From: Candidatus Micrarchaeota archaeon
GTDB lineage: Archaea; Micrarchaeota; Micrarchaeia; Anstonellales; Bilamarchaeaceae
Length of the DNA: 64,000 nt
Reading direction: 5' to 3'
NCBI GenBank assembly: GCA_964490215.1
Contig: CAZBAM010000003.1
Location: 1,489 to 65,488, forward strand
A program made the position numbers and the translations under genes. The notes beneath the pieces are model-generated. The model was not told the DNA's origin, did not search any database, and saw only the letters and a list, made by a program, of their open reading frames with translations. Shown in pieces: positions 1 to 10,219 of this stretch (positions are counted from its first letter, which is position 1; every line of letters begins with the position of its first letter).

Positions 1-1343
1 GCGGAAGGGCATGGCCAACCAGCTACCTGCACTACCGGGGTGACGTGATACACTGGATCAACCCTCTTGATGAGCTGGAGGACTACGGACGCTACCTGCT
101 TGACGCATACCTGAAGCCTGAAAAGAGGAAAGGGCTGGAACAGGACATAGAAAGGATGGCACGCAAGCTGGACCGCACCATTGAAATATCCGAACTGGCC
201 AATCTCGTCCAGCTAACCGAACGTGAGCTGATTGACCATTATCTTCTCATCAAAAACGCTTTCGTAGACTGGTTCGTTCCCGGTGCGCTCGTGGAGCCGG
301 TGGGCCTGGACGGCGAGCGGAGGGTGCGCGAGCTGCTCAGCGGGCAGGGGGTAGCCGCCAAAGAGATTGACGCGCAACTGTCCCTCCTGACGACCTCCCC
401 AAGGAAATCATTCTCCAAAAGGGAATTGGAGGACCTCCTTGCCATAGGCATCAGTGCGCAATCCGGCGCCAATGTAGACGGCGCGTTACGTGGGCATGCG
501 CAGAAGTATCACTGGCTGCACAACAATTATTTCTCCACTGAGGTTCTGGGCCCTGATTTTTTCAGGTCCCAGATCACCATCCTGCTTTCTAAAAATGGCG
601 ACCCTGCCGCCTATCTGGAAAAGCTCAGGAACGAGTTCGGGGCCGTGCTGCAGAAAAAGCGGCAGCTCATGGGGCGCATGCGGCTCACGCCGGAGCAGCA
701 CGAACTCATACAACTGCTGGAACTGTTCGCATGGTACCAGGATTACCGCAAGGAATACGCCATGAAGATGCTCCATTGCCTGGATGCGGCCCTGGCTGAA
801 ATCGGGCGGAGGAAAGGGCTTTCCCTGAAGCACATGAAATACAGCATGGCCGAGGAAGTGCCAAAAATCCTGGGCGGTACATTTGACGTTTCATTGCTTG
901 AAAAGCGGATGGTCTGCTTTCTCGCGGTCTGGCGCCCGGATAAGGGCACATTGGAATGTTTTACCGAAGACGCAGCCGAGGCCTGGAAGCGCCTTGACCC
1001 GCACATCGTGCACAACCAGGAGCAGATGGAGCTGAGCGGTGCGCCTGCAAGCGGCGGCATTGCCCGGGGAAGGGCGAAGGTCACCATGTCTGCATCCGAA
1101 GCCTCCAAAATCAGCCAGGGCGAGATCCTTGTCACTTCCATGACGACCCCTGACTTCGTCACCGCGATGAAAAAGGCGGCGGCCATTGTCACCAACGAGG
1201 GCGGCATCCTCTGCCATGCTGCCGTGCTGTCAAGGGAGTTTCGCATCCCGTGCGTCGTAGGCACAAAAATCGCGACAAAAGCCATCAAAACCGGCGACCT
1301 CATAGAGGTGGATGGCGACAAGGGAATCGTTAAGAAGCTCTAG
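1..1343 (+). CDS. PEP-utilising enzyme mobile (phospho-His swivel) domain protein, 5'-truncated at window edge
   Basis: C-terminal GEILVT..TTPDFV..MKKAAAIVTNEGGILCHAAVLSREFRIPCVVGT motif; frame stays open upstream of the GTG at 45 to the window edge. Confidence 0.8.
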   Translation, partial: GRAWPTSYLHYRGDVIHWINPLDELEDYGRYLLDAYLKPEKRKGLEQDIERMARKLDRTIEISELANLVQLTERELIDHYLLIKNAFVDWFVPGALVEPVGLDGERRVRELLSGQGVAAKEIDAQLSLLTTSPRKSFSKRELEDLLAIGISAQSGANVDGALRGHAQKYHWLHNNYFSTEVLGPDFFRSQITILLSKNGDPAAYLEKLRNEFGAVLQKKRQLMGRMRLTPEQHELIQLLELFAWYQDYRKEYAMKMLHCLDAALAEIGRRKGLSLKHMKYSMAEEVPKILGGTFDVSLLEKRMVCFLAVWRPDKGTLECFTEDAAEAWKRLDPHIVHNQEQMELSGAPASGGIARGRAKVTMSASEASKISQGEILVTSMTTPDFVTAMKKAAAIVTNEGGILCHAAVLSREFRIPCVVGTKIATKAIKTGDLIEVDGDKGIVKKL

Positions 1344-1358
1344 CCATCTAACCGAATT

Positions 1359-2093
1359 ATGGAGCGGAAGAAATCCCTCGGCCAGTGCTTCCTGAAGGAC
1401 AGGAACATCCTGCGCCTTGAGGCCGGGCTCGTGAAGCCCGAAGGCAAGGTGGTGCTGGAAATCGGCGCAGGCGACGGCCGCCTCACCGAGGCGCTGCTCC
1501 AGCTGAAGCCGAAAAAAATCATCGCCGTGGAACTTGACGCCGGCTTCGCCTCCCTGCTCCGCGAAAAGTTCGCAGGGAAGCCTGTGGAGGTGCTGGAGGC
1601 AGACGTCATGGAGGCCGAGCTCCCGCCCGCGGACGTGGTCGCAGGCAACATCCCATATTACATATCGTCCGGCATCGTGTTCAGGCTCGCGTCCCTCAGG
1701 TTTGAGCGTGCCGTCCTCATGGTGCAGAAGGAATTCGCAGAAAAGATGGTGGCGAAGCCCGGAGACGGCAACTACGGCAGGCTCAGCGTAACAGCCCAGC
1801 TGAACTACGACGTCGCATTGGAGCGGAAGGTGCTGCGCCACCTGTTCCGTCCCGTCCCGAAGGTGGATTCTGCCATCGTCATCCTCAGGCCGAAGGGCAT
1901 AACGCTCACGGCGTTGCAGGAGAACGTCATCCGCTCGCTTTTCCAGCACAGGAACAAGACCGCGAGGAACGCGCTGCTGGATTCAAAGCTGTTCGGCGAC
2001 GAGGAGACCGGGAAGCTCGGCCGGTTCGCGAAGCGCCGCGTGCGCACGCTCACGAAAGAGGACTGCCTTGAGATAGCCGGACTTCTGGCGTAG
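1359..2093 (+). CDS. rsmA: 16S rRNA adenine dimethyltransferase (KsgA/Dim1 family)
   Basis: KKSLGQCFL, VLEIGAGDG, GNIPYYISS, YGRLSV and PVPKVDSA motifs. Confidence 0.95.
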   Translation: MERKKSLGQCFLKDRNILRLEAGLVKPEGKVVLEIGAGDGRLTEALLQLKPKKIIAVELDAGFASLLREKFAGKPVEVLEADVMEAELPPADVVAGNIPYYISSGIVFRLASLRFERAVLMVQKEFAEKMVAKPGDGNYGRLSVTAQLNYDVALERKVLRHLFRPVPKVDSAIVILRPKGITLTALQENVIRSLFQHRNKTARNALLDSKLFGDEETGKLGRFAKRRVRTLTKEDCLEIAGLLA

Positions 2094-2190
2094 TAGCGCC
2101 GGAGCCCCCGCCTGGCCGCGCCAAGTGCCGCCTGGGCACCGCTCAGAACTCTTATAAGATTACCCCCATTATCCACCTAAGGGTGATGAT

Positions 2191-2502
2191 ATGGCTGAAA
2201 CGATAAAGGAATTCAAGGACGAGCTGCGCGCGCTGCGCGAGGAGATGTTCGTCAACGCTGACGCCGCGGACATAAAGCTCGTGGCCAGCTACGTGGACCG
2301 GCTGGTGCTGTCACTGGACAAGCTCTCTGACGCGCTGGAGACGATGTCCGTGGAGCTTGAAACCCTGTCGGAGAACGAGGCTGTTCCGTCTGGCGGAAAG
2401 AAAGCGGCCGTGAAAAAGCCAAAAAAGGCCAGGCCTGCGAAGAAAGCCACAGGGAAGAAGTCCGCAGGTAAAAAGCCGTCAGGGAAGAAAAAGAGGCGCT
2501 GA
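2191..2502 (+). CDS. Small protein with acidic coiled-coil N-terminus and Lys/Ala/Pro-rich histone H1-like tail
   Basis: Upstream TATA-like CTTATAAG (~2150) and GGGTG RBS; tail KKAAVKKPKKARPAKKATGKKSAGKKPSGKKKRR. Confidence 0.65.
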   Translation: MAETIKEFKDELRALREEMFVNADAADIKLVASYVDRLVLSLDKLSDALETMSVELETLSENEAVPSGGKKAAVKKPKKARPAKKATGKKSAGKKPSGKKKRR

Positions 2503-2504
2503 AC

Positions 2505-3398
2505 ATGCGCATCCTGGCAATTTTTGCGTTCCTGTTGCTCCTGTCAGTACTGCTGCTTGCAGGATGCGCGATGCCTGGCGGAAGCACAGGCGTTTCCCAA
2601 CCGGGAACCGGAGGCGGTGCGCAGCAGGGGCCAGGCACAGGCGGAACGCAACCACCGGAGCCGGCCGCACCACAAAACCAGAGCAGCCAGCCCCAGCCAC
2701 CTCCACCGCCGGCCCAGCAGCAGCCTGCCGTGCCATCTGAACAGGTGACGTTCAAGTCGTTCAGCTGGACCATCCACGGCACCTACTACGAGAGCACCGC
2801 CACTGAGCCGACAAAAGGCATAATACTCTTGCCCATGCTCAACAAGAGCAGGGACACGTATCCACAGTCCTTGATAGGCAGGATGCACAACGAGATAAGC
2901 AACGCGCCGGTGCTTGCCGTGGACTTGCGCGGCAACGGGGACACCACCAACCTCGGCATGTGGCAGAATTTCCAGCTGGAAGACTACAAGGCCATGCAGG
3001 GCGACGTCGTGAATGCAATGGCGTACATGAAGGTGAAGCACCCGACCATAAAGGAGTTCTACGTGGTCGGCGCCAGCATGGGCTCCACGGCGGCCATAAC
3101 CGCGGCAGCCAGGAGCCCCACTATCATAAAGCTGGCGCTGCTTTCGCCTGGCATGGATTACCACGGGGTTGGCATAAGCGATGCCGCAGGTGCGTACATC
3201 CACCCTCTGTTCATAGCCGCCTCAAGGGAGGACCTGGCATCCGCGGACGCAGCCAACGAGGTCTACGGCCTCTCGCCCACGACGGCCAAGACGCTGAAAA
3301 TCTACGAGGGCAGCGCCCATGGCACGGACATGTTCAGCGCGACCAGCAGCGATGCCGAGCCGCTTGAAAGCCTGCTCATGGTGTTCCTGAAAAACTAG
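2505..3398 (+). CDS. Lipoprotein alpha/beta hydrolase with Pro/Gln-rich linker
   Basis: Lipobox-like LLLAGC; nucleophile elbow GASMGS; VDLRGNG; C-terminal AHGTD. Confidence 0.8.
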   Translation: MRILAIFAFLLLLSVLLLAGCAMPGGSTGVSQPGTGGGAQQGPGTGGTQPPEPAAPQNQSSQPQPPPPPAQQQPAVPSEQVTFKSFSWTIHGTYYESTATEPTKGIILLPMLNKSRDTYPQSLIGRMHNEISNAPVLAVDLRGNGDTTNLGMWQNFQLEDYKAMQGDVVNAMAYMKVKHPTIKEFYVVGASMGSTAAITAAARSPTIIKLALLSPGMDYHGVGISDAAGAYIHPLFIAASREDLASADAANEVYGLSPTTAKTLKIYEGSAHGTDMFSATSSDAEPLESLLMVFLKN

Positions 3399-4552
3399 AA
3401 CGCGCCAAGAAATCCTTTCTTTTCCTGTTTTCCTGCTTCGCTCCCTTCCTTTTCCAGTTCCTCAAGAAGCTTTTTCTGCTGCGGGGTGAGCCTTTTCGGC
3501 ACGTCTATCACCACCCGCACCATCTCGTCCCCCCTCCCTCCCCTTCCGCCCAGCCGCGGCATGCCCTCGCCATTGAGCCTGAACACGGTGTGCGACAGGG
3601 TGCCTGGAGGCACGTGCAGCTTCGCCCTGCCCGTGAGCGTGGGCACGTCAAGCGCGCCTCCCAGCGCCGCGCGCGGGAAGCTCAGGGGAGCGTCCACCCA
3701 CAGGTCGTCATCCCTGCGCTCAAACAGCTCGTGGGGCTTCACATAAACGCGGACGAAAAGGTCTCCGGGCCCGTCCCGGCCGTATTCGCCCAGCCCCTCA
3801 AGATGCAGCCTCATGCCGTTCTGCACGCCTGGCGGGATGGCTGCCTTTATGTGCTCGTTGGAACTCGCCTTGCCAGAACCGCCGCAGCTCCTGCAGGGCT
3901 TCTCCACGACGCTCCCTTCGCCCCTGCACCTGCCGCACGTCGTTATAGTATAAAACGCCATCGGGCCTGCCCGCCTCGCCTGCTGCACCTGGCCCCTTCC
4001 GTTGCACGCCGGGCACGTGCTCCTGGAACTCCCGGGCTCGCTTCCGCTCCCGCTGCACCGCGAGCACGCCTTGCTGCGATGGTAATTGATATCCTTCTTG
4101 AGGCCTTTTGCCGCCTCTTCAAGCGTTATCTCCACTGCGGTTTCCAGGTCTGCGCCGTATTCGCGCATCCGCCCTCCCCGCCCGCCACGGCCGCCCCTGA
4201 ACCCGAATATGTCGCCGAATATCCCGCCGCCGAAACCTCCGAACGGGTCCATGCCGAAGCTGCGGAACACGTCCTCAAAGTCGCTGAAGTCCGCGCTGCG
4301 GAATATGTCCTCCTGGCTGTACATCCGGTCAAAGCCAGCGTGGCCGTACTGGTCGTATTGCGCCCTTTTCTTCTCGTCGCTGAGGACCGCGTAGGCCTCT
4401 GAAATCTCCTTGAACTTCTCGGTGGACTCTGGCGCCTTGTTGCGGTCAGGGTGGTGTTGGAGCGCGAGCTTGCGGTAGGCCTGCTTTATCTGGTCTGCGC
4501 TGGCGCCTTTCGGAACCCCGAGAATCTCGTAATAATCGCGTTTCGCAGTCAT
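3395..4552 (-). CDS. dnaJ: Chaperone DnaJ
   Basis: J domain with HPD, G/F-rich region, four CxxCxGxG repeats, C-terminal domain. Confidence 0.97.
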   Translation of the reverse strand: MTAKRDYYEILGVPKGASADQIKQAYRKLALQHHPDRNKAPESTEKFKEISEAYAVLSDEKKRAQYDQYGHAGFDRMYSQEDIFRSADFSDFEDVFRSFGMDPFGGFGGGIFGDIFGFRGGRGGRGGRMREYGADLETAVEITLEEAAKGLKKDINYHRSKACSRCSGSGSEPGSSRSTCPACNGRGQVQQARRAGPMAFYTITTCGRCRGEGSVVEKPCRSCGGSGKASSNEHIKAAIPPGVQNGMRLHLEGLGEYGRDGPGDLFVRVYVKPHELFERRDDDLWVDAPLSFPRAALGGALDVPTLTGRAKLHVPPGTLSHTVFRLNGEGMPRLGGRGGRGDEMVRVVIDVPKRLTPQQKKLLEELEKEGSEAGKQEKKGFLGAF

Positions 4553-4565
4553 GTGGCACGGCCCG

Positions 4566-4925
4566 TCAGCGGTACATGTTGTCGCTTTCCCTTTCCATTA
4601 TGCCCTGCCATATATTAATCACGCGATATTCCCATGCGGCATCCATGTCGTCGTCGGTGCGTTTCCGGCTTCCGGTCCATCGCTGCCTGTGCCCGCCGGT
4701 TTCCTGTTTCGGGTTTCGCGTTTGGGATTCAGGCATTTGCTGCTGCGCCTTCTCCTTGCCGGACAGCACCGCGTAGGCCTCGCTTATCTCCCTGAACTTC
4801 CCTGCCGCGTCCGGCTCCTTGTTGCGGTCCGGATGATAGAGCATGGCGAGCTTCCTGTACGCCTTCTTTATCTCGGCGCTGGTGGCGTCCCTGCTGACGC
4901 GCAGGATGCCGTGGTAGTCCTTCAT
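4566..4925 (-). CDS. Small stand-alone J-domain protein
   Basis: [40 protein letters not shown] followed by a short unrelated tail. Confidence 0.85.
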   Translation of the reverse strand: MKDYHGILRVSRDATSAEIKKAYRKLAMLYHPDRNKEPDAAGKFREISEAYAVLSGKEKAQQQMPESQTRNPKQETGGHRQRWTGSRKRTDDDMDAAWEYRVINIWQGIMERESDNMYR

Positions 4926-4944
4926 AGGTTCACGTATCTACAGT

Positions 4945-6900
4945 TCACTTGTCAACCTTCTCGTATTCGCCTTCCACGACGTCCTCGCCGCCGGAGCCGC
5001 CCTTCTTTTTCCCTTTCTTCATGCGCTCGTAGCCCTTGCCCGGGTCTGGGTGTTCGGTTCCGGGCCCGCCCTTTCCGTAGGCGTTGCCAGGGCCTTCGCT
5101 TCCCTGGTTCCCGCTTCCAGGCCCGCCGGGCGGGACTTCACCTCCGCCCTGCTGCCGGTACATGGAGCCGCCGACATCCTCCAGCGCCTTCTTGAGCGCT
5201 TCTGTCTCGGCGCGTATCCTCGCCGGGTCCTCGCCGGTCATCGCGTCCTCCACCTTCTTGCGCGCCGCGTCTATCCTGTCAAACTGCTCCTTGGACATCT
5301 TCTCCTTGAGCTCTTCCACGGTCTTCTTCGCCACGTACACCATGGACTCGGCCTCGTTCTTCGCAGTCGCCAGCTCAAACACCTTCCGGTCCTGCTCAGC
5401 GAACCTGTCGGCATCGGCCATCTTCTGCTTTATCTCCTCGTCGCGCATCTTCAGCGGCGCTGTGACGCGCATGCTCTGCTCCTTGCCTGTGGCGCGGTCC
5501 TTCGCACCCACGTGGAGGATGCCGTTTGCGTCTATGTCAAACGTGACCTCCACCTGGGGCACGCCGCGTGGCGCAGGCGGTATGCCCATGAGGGTGAACT
5601 TGCCCAGCTCCACGTTGTCCTTGGCCATGGGCCTCTCGCCCTGCAGGATGTGTATGTCCACCGCGGTCTGCATGTCCGCGGCCGTGGAGAACACCTGGCT
5701 CTTCTTCGTCGGTATGGTGGTGTTCCTGTCTATGAGCCGCGTCATGACGCCGCCCAGCGTCTCAAGCCCGAGCGACAACGGGGTTACGTCCAGGAGCAGT
5801 ATGTCCTTGACCTCGCCTGAAAGCACCCCTGCCTGCACCGCGGCGCCCATGGCGACGCATTCCATGGGGTCCACGCCGCGCTCCACCTTCTTGCCGAGCA
5901 TGTCCTCCACGAATTTCTGCACCATGGGCATCCTTGTCGGCCCGCCCACCATTATTATCCTGTCCACCTGCGACGGATTCAGTTTCGCGTCGCGCAACGC
6001 CTGCTCCACAGGAGTCCTGCACCTTTCTATGACCGGCCTCACCAGGTCCTCCAGCTTGGCCCTCGTGAGCTTGTGCACGAAGTGCTTGGGCTGGTTGCCG
6101 GCCGATGCGAGGAACGGCAGGTTGACCTCGGAATCCAGCGCCGTGGAAAGCTCTATCTTCGCCTTCTCAGCAGCCTCCAGAAGCCTCTGGTGGGCCTGCC
6201 TGTCCTTTGAAATGTCCACGCCGCTCTCCTTGCGGAACTGGTCGGTGAGGTATTCTGCGATTATCCTGTCCATGTCGGTCCCGCCGAGCTGCGTGTCGCC
6301 GCTCGTGGACTTGACCTCGAACACACCGCCGCCGAAGTCCATTATCGTCACGTCCAGCGTCCCTCCGCCGAAGTCGTAGACGAGTATCTTCATCTCCTTG
6401 CCTGCCTTGTCCAGCCCGTAGGCGAGGCACGCGGCAGTGGGCTCGTTCACCAGCCTCACCACTTCCAGCCCCGCGATCTCGCCAGCGTCCTTGGTCGCCT
6501 GCCTCTGGTTGTCGTTGAAATACGCCGGCACGGTGATGACCGCCTTGTCCACCTTCTCGCCCAGGAACTCCTCGGCGTCCTTCTTTATCTTCTGGAGGAG
6601 GAACGCGGACAATTCCTGCGGCCTGTACTGCTTGCCGTGGATTTCGTATTTGTAGTCCGTGCCCATCTTCCTCTTGAACGCGGTGACAGTCCCCTCCGGG
6701 TTGGTGACTGCCTGCCTCCTGGCCGGCTCGCCTATTATCCTCTGCCCGTCGCGCGTGAGCGCGACGTAGCTCGGGAACGCCTTGCCGTATTGCGTTATGC
6801 CCTCGGCGCTCGGTATGATTTTCGGCCTGCCCCCTTCCAGGAACGCGGCAGCAGAATTACTGGTTCCCAAATCCACCCCTATTATCCTAGCCATATCCAT
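4945..6900 (-). CDS. dnaK: Chaperone DnaK (Hsp70)
   Basis: [40 protein letters not shown]; acidic C-terminus. Confidence 0.98.
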   Translation of the reverse strand: MDMARIIGVDLGTSNSAAAFLEGGRPKIIPSAEGITQYGKAFPSYVALTRDGQRIIGEPARRQAVTNPEGTVTAFKRKMGTDYKYEIHGKQYRPQELSAFLLQKIKKDAEEFLGEKVDKAVITVPAYFNDNQRQATKDAGEIAGLEVVRLVNEPTAACLAYGLDKAGKEMKILVYDFGGGTLDVTIMDFGGGVFEVKSTSGDTQLGGTDMDRIIAEYLTDQFRKESGVDISKDRQAHQRLLEAAEKAKIELSTALDSEVNLPFLASAGNQPKHFVHKLTRAKLEDLVRPVIERCRTPVEQALRDAKLNPSQVDRIIMVGGPTRMPMVQKFVEDMLGKKVERGVDPMECVAMGAAVQAGVLSGEVKDILLLDVTPLSLGLETLGGVMTRLIDRNTTIPTKKSQVFSTAADMQTAVDIHILQGERPMAKDNVELGKFTLMGIPPAPRGVPQVEVTFDIDANGILHVGAKDRATGKEQSMRVTAPLKMRDEEIKQKMADADRFAEQDRKVFELATAKNEAESMVYVAKKTVEELKEKMSKEQFDRIDAARKKVEDAMTGEDPARIRAETEALKKALEDVGGSMYRQQGGGEVPPGGPGSGNQGSEGPGNAYGKGGPGTEHPDPGKGYERMKKGKKKGGSGGEDVVEGEYEKVDK

Positions 6901-6909
6901 TCCACCTCG

Positions 6910-7540
6910 TCAATCCTTCTTTGCTTCCTCTTTCTTCGCTTCTTTTCCCTTTCCCACGACCACTTTCGCGTGCCGCAGGACCTTCCATTTGAGCGTGTAT
7001 CCCTTCTGGACCACTTCAACTACCTTCCCTTCGTCGCCTTCGCCGTGCCGCAATGCGTCGTGCCTGTACGGGTCAAACTGCTCGCCAAGCGCCTTCATCT
7101 CCTCCACGCCCTCCTTTTTCAGCGCGTCCAGCAGCTTGGCGTATATGAGTTCCATTCCGCGTACGAATTCCCTGGCAGGGCTGCCCTTGTGCTCGTCCAT
7201 GTGCGCCACGGCCATGTCAAAATCATCAACGACCGGCAGCAGCTTCAGCAGGACGTCCGCGCAAGCGTTCTCGCGCACAGCTGCGTTCTCCTTCGCTGCC
7301 CGCTTCTTGTAGTTTTCAAACTCTGCCTGAAGCCTCAGGAGGCGGTCCTCAAGCTCCTTCCCGCCGGCATTTGCCTGGGCGTGCGCCTTGACGTCTGGCG
7401 CTGCGGCTGCGGGTTGGACGGCTGCGGATTGGGTGGCTTCTGATTTTGTTTGCGCGGGCTGCGGAGCGCGTGGCGCTGCCTGCTCAGGTTTTTTCCCAGC
7501 GTCTTTAGCCTTGTGCCCGTCCGTGTCATCACCCTGCCAA
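6910..7540 (-). CDS. grpE: Nucleotide exchange factor GrpE; start codon uncertain (no in-frame ATG/GTG/TTG upstream of 7278)
   Basis: RLLRLQAEFENYKKR coiled coil lies upstream of the track ORF in the same frame; LLPVVDDF, FDPYRHDA, QKGY..VLRHAKVVV motifs. Confidence 0.9.
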
Positions 7541-7607
7541 GTTCTTATTTTTAACAGATTGTTTAATATTACGAAAGATTTTTAAATTTTCATGCGAAAT
7601 CATAAAC

Positions 7608-8018
7608 ATGCAGCCACGGCGTTACTACCGTCAGATAGTCATACGCTACATATCCGTCCCTGCCAACGAGGACGATACGAACAGCGAGATAGATTATATA
7701 TACCAGTGCCTTGGCCTGGGTGACGAGCGTGACGACGTGGGGCTCTCGGTCTTCCGCGCGCTCGTGAAGGCGAGCATGCACGGCACAGGGATATCCTCAA
7801 GGGACATAATGGCACTGGGCGAGGTCAGCCAGGCCGCCGTGATATACCACCTCAACCTTTTCCAGCGCTCGGGCCTCGTAGTCAAGGACGGCCGGATGTA
7901 CTACCTGCGCGGCCATTCCCTGGAGCAGACGCTCGAGGAGATGGAGAACGACATGCACCGCAGGTTCGGCTACCTGCTGGGAATAGCGAGAAAAATAGAA
8001 GAAAAAAAAGGATTTTGA
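7608..8018 (+). CDS. Winged-helix (ArsR-like) transcriptional regulator divergent from grpE-dnaK
   Basis: ISSRDIMALGEVSQAAVIYHLNLFQRSGLVVKDGRMYYLR helix-turn-helix plus wing pattern. Confidence 0.75.
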   Translation: MQPRRYYRQIVIRYISVPANEDDTNSEIDYIYQCLGLGDERDDVGLSVFRALVKASMHGTGISSRDIMALGEVSQAAVIYHLNLFQRSGLVVKDGRMYYLRGHSLEQTLEEMENDMHRRFGYLLGIARKIEEKKGF

Positions 8019-8032
8019 GCGCTTCCTGCCCG

Positions 8033-8968
8033 TCAGCCCGCACCATGGATGGTTACGGCATACGTCCTGTCATACGCCAGGGGCGTCCAGGCTGTTTCGC
8101 TTGCCACGCCAGTCCTGCTCTCCACGGACAGCAGCATCTGCCTCGTGTAGGCGTTTCCGGGGGCTTGCTTGTCCACGGTAACGTAGTGCAGGTAGACCGC
8201 ATCGCTGACCAGGCTCACGTCCTCGGTCTGCTCAACCTTCAGCACAGCCCAGTACGTTCCAGGCGCGAGGACCGGCTTCTCAGCGAATTCAAACGGAATC
8301 CAGTTGTCGCTGAGCGTCGTGACGTTTACTGGCCTTTTCACCGAGGCGATGACTGCGCCAGGGTTGCCGGCACTGTCTGTCCTCAGCTCAAGGACCAGGT
8401 TGGTGCCCGGCTGCGTGGTTGACGCGAGCCGCTTCAGGAACATCCTCACCTTGTCCACGGTCATCTGGTTCTCAACCGCGAATGCCACGCCCCTCCATTC
8501 CTTGAAGGATATGGCATCGGTTTCCAGGCCCCTGGTGTCGCTGCTCCCGAGCGGGGCCACTTCCCAGTCCCTGGAAAGCACGGTCGTGCCGTCGCTCTCA
8601 ACCGTGAGCTTCACTGTGCCGTCCTTTTTCGGCGCTATGGCGAAGTCCAGCGGCGACGTGTCGTTGCCGGCAGGCGAGGCTGCCGCGGCCTCTGTGCCGT
8701 CAAGCTTCACGACCATCCGCTTGCCTGCGGCGCAGGTGGCCGTTGCCGCGAGGTGGCTCGTCTTTGAGAGCACCCCGGCGGCCAGGTCCGAGAAAGAATA
8801 CGCAGGCGTGCAGGCCGCTGCCTGCTGGCCGCCTGTGCCAGCGCCCTGTGTTCCGCCAGTTCCCTTGGCCGAGCCGTTGCCTGCCGGGTGTGAAGCCGGC
8901 GTGCCTCCTATGCCCAGGCATCCGAACACGAGCAGGGATGCCAGTATCAGTACTATAATCGCTTTCAT
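8033..8968 (-). CDS. Surface lipoprotein of unknown function with Gly/Thr linker and beta-rich domains
   Basis: MKAIIVLILASLLVFGC lipobox-like signal; C-terminal LELRTDSAGNPGAVIAS..W..F....L.PGTYWAVL pattern. Confidence 0.7.
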   Translation of the reverse strand: MKAIIVLILASLLVFGCLGIGGTPASHPAGNGSAKGTGGTQGAGTGGQQAAACTPAYSFSDLAAGVLSKTSHLAATATCAAGKRMVVKLDGTEAAAASPAGNDTSPLDFAIAPKKDGTVKLTVESDGTTVLSRDWEVAPLGSSDTRGLETDAISFKEWRGVAFAVENQMTVDKVRMFLKRLASTTQPGTNLVLELRTDSAGNPGAVIASVKRPVNVTTLSDNWIPFEFAEKPVLAPGTYWAVLKVEQTEDVSLVSDAVYLHYVTVDKQAPGNAYTRQMLLSVESRTGVASETAWTPLAYDRTYAVTIHGAG

Positions 8969-9130
8969 GTGCTCATCCTCCCGTTCCTCACTATCTGCTG
9001 CCAGCCTATCGGATGGAAAATTTAAAAAATAGCCGATGGGTGCAGAGTATCTGCCTCATCCTAGGCGATATGATGTAACCCCTTAAGGACTTATGAGAAC
9101 CGCCTGGAAGCATGGAAAGTTCCTGACGCA

Positions 9131-10102
9131 CTACGAGGTTTGCCGTTCCCTTCCCTTCTGGCGGGCAAGCTCATCCGGTGAAACCTTCATCTGCTCAAAT
9201 GCAAGGTCCTTCCCGTCTACCCTCGCCCCCTTCACTGCTATGGGAAAGTCTGCAGGTGGAGCAAGCTTCTCCACGACCGCATACGGAGCGCCGAAAAAGC
9301 CCTTTTTTATCTGATATCTGGCCACGGGATTGTGTCGGTTGTCCTCCATCAGGATTTCGTCCTTGTCACACCTGAGCGTGCAGGCCTTGCCGTCTTTCAT
9401 CAGCATCTCCTGCGAGCCTTCTGCATTCGTCTTTATGCTCCTGATGGCCCCCTTCCTGTCGTAGACGTCAACATCTATCCTCTTGTCATTATGGTAGCTG
9501 ACGCCCACCTCCCAGGTGGTACCGCGCGGTGCTGGTTCAGGCGCTGCAGCTGGCCTCTCCACCCTGCGAGTGACTACTTTGGGCCGCACGGCCTCTGTGT
9601 CCGGTTCTGCGGGCTGCGATTCCAGTGGAATCTCAGGTTCAGCCAGCTCCTTTTCTTCCGGCATGTCCCTGACGATTTTCACCTCAGGTTTCCGTGCAGA
9701 ATAGGACGGATACGCAACCTCTACACCGGACTTCTGCCGGGCGATTGCAAGCACCTTGTCCGTATTCGCCAGGAAGTCCCCGGCGCTCTCAGTCCCGCCC
9801 AGTGCCTTGGCCAGGCGGGTATAACCTACCCTGCCAAGCCCATAGACGTAGAGAATGTCGTAGAGCGCTCTCTCGAACTCTTCGCGCCGGCCGTTAGCTG
9901 CCGCTTCAGCGTAAAAATCCTGCAGCTTCCCGGTGCTAATTGGCGACAACATCCTGGAATATTCACGTATGGCGTCATAGGCGATTCCAGCCTTTCTCGT
10001 TGCAAGCACCCCGTCTTCAGGTTCGCCAAGCAGCGTATAGACGTGCGCCCTAACCAGCTCCTTGTCGTCCACTTTGCTTTTGCCATCGGCCATGTAATGC
10101 AC
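9131..10102 (-). CDS. Hypothetical protein (two domains joined by a Pro/Glu-rich linker)
   Basis: 323-aa ORF with host-like codon style and upstream TATA-like sequence (~10125); no recognised motif. Confidence 0.55.
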   Translation of the reverse strand: MHYMADGKSKVDDKELVRAHVYTLLGEPEDGVLATRKAGIAYDAIREYSRMLSPISTGKLQDFYAEAAANGRREEFERALYDILYVYGLGRVGYTRLAKALGGTESAGDFLANTDKVLAIARQKSGVEVAYPSYSARKPEVKIVRDMPEEKELAEPEIPLESQPAEPDTEAVRPKVVTRRVERPAAAPEPAPRGTTWEVGVSYHNDKRIDVDVYDRKGAIRSIKTNAEGSQEMLMKDGKACTLRCDKDEILMEDNRHNPVARYQIKKGFFGAPYAVVEKLAPPADFPIAVKGARVDGKDLAFEQMKVSPDELARQKGRERQTS

Positions 10103-10219
10103 CGGTGAGCCTTTTGCACGCTATTTTTATAAGCAGTTATGCCTCCCATCCGGCAAGCCCCGGACACCTGCCGGCACGAAACGTCCGGCGAGGCCAGTGA
10201 AAAAAACCAAAGCGCGGAA

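Noticed and set aside
5050-6379. Long antisense ORFs over dnaK (and similar ones over carB, purH, AMP phosphorylase and others)
   Set aside because: Shadow ORFs expected from high GC3 codon bias; no motifs
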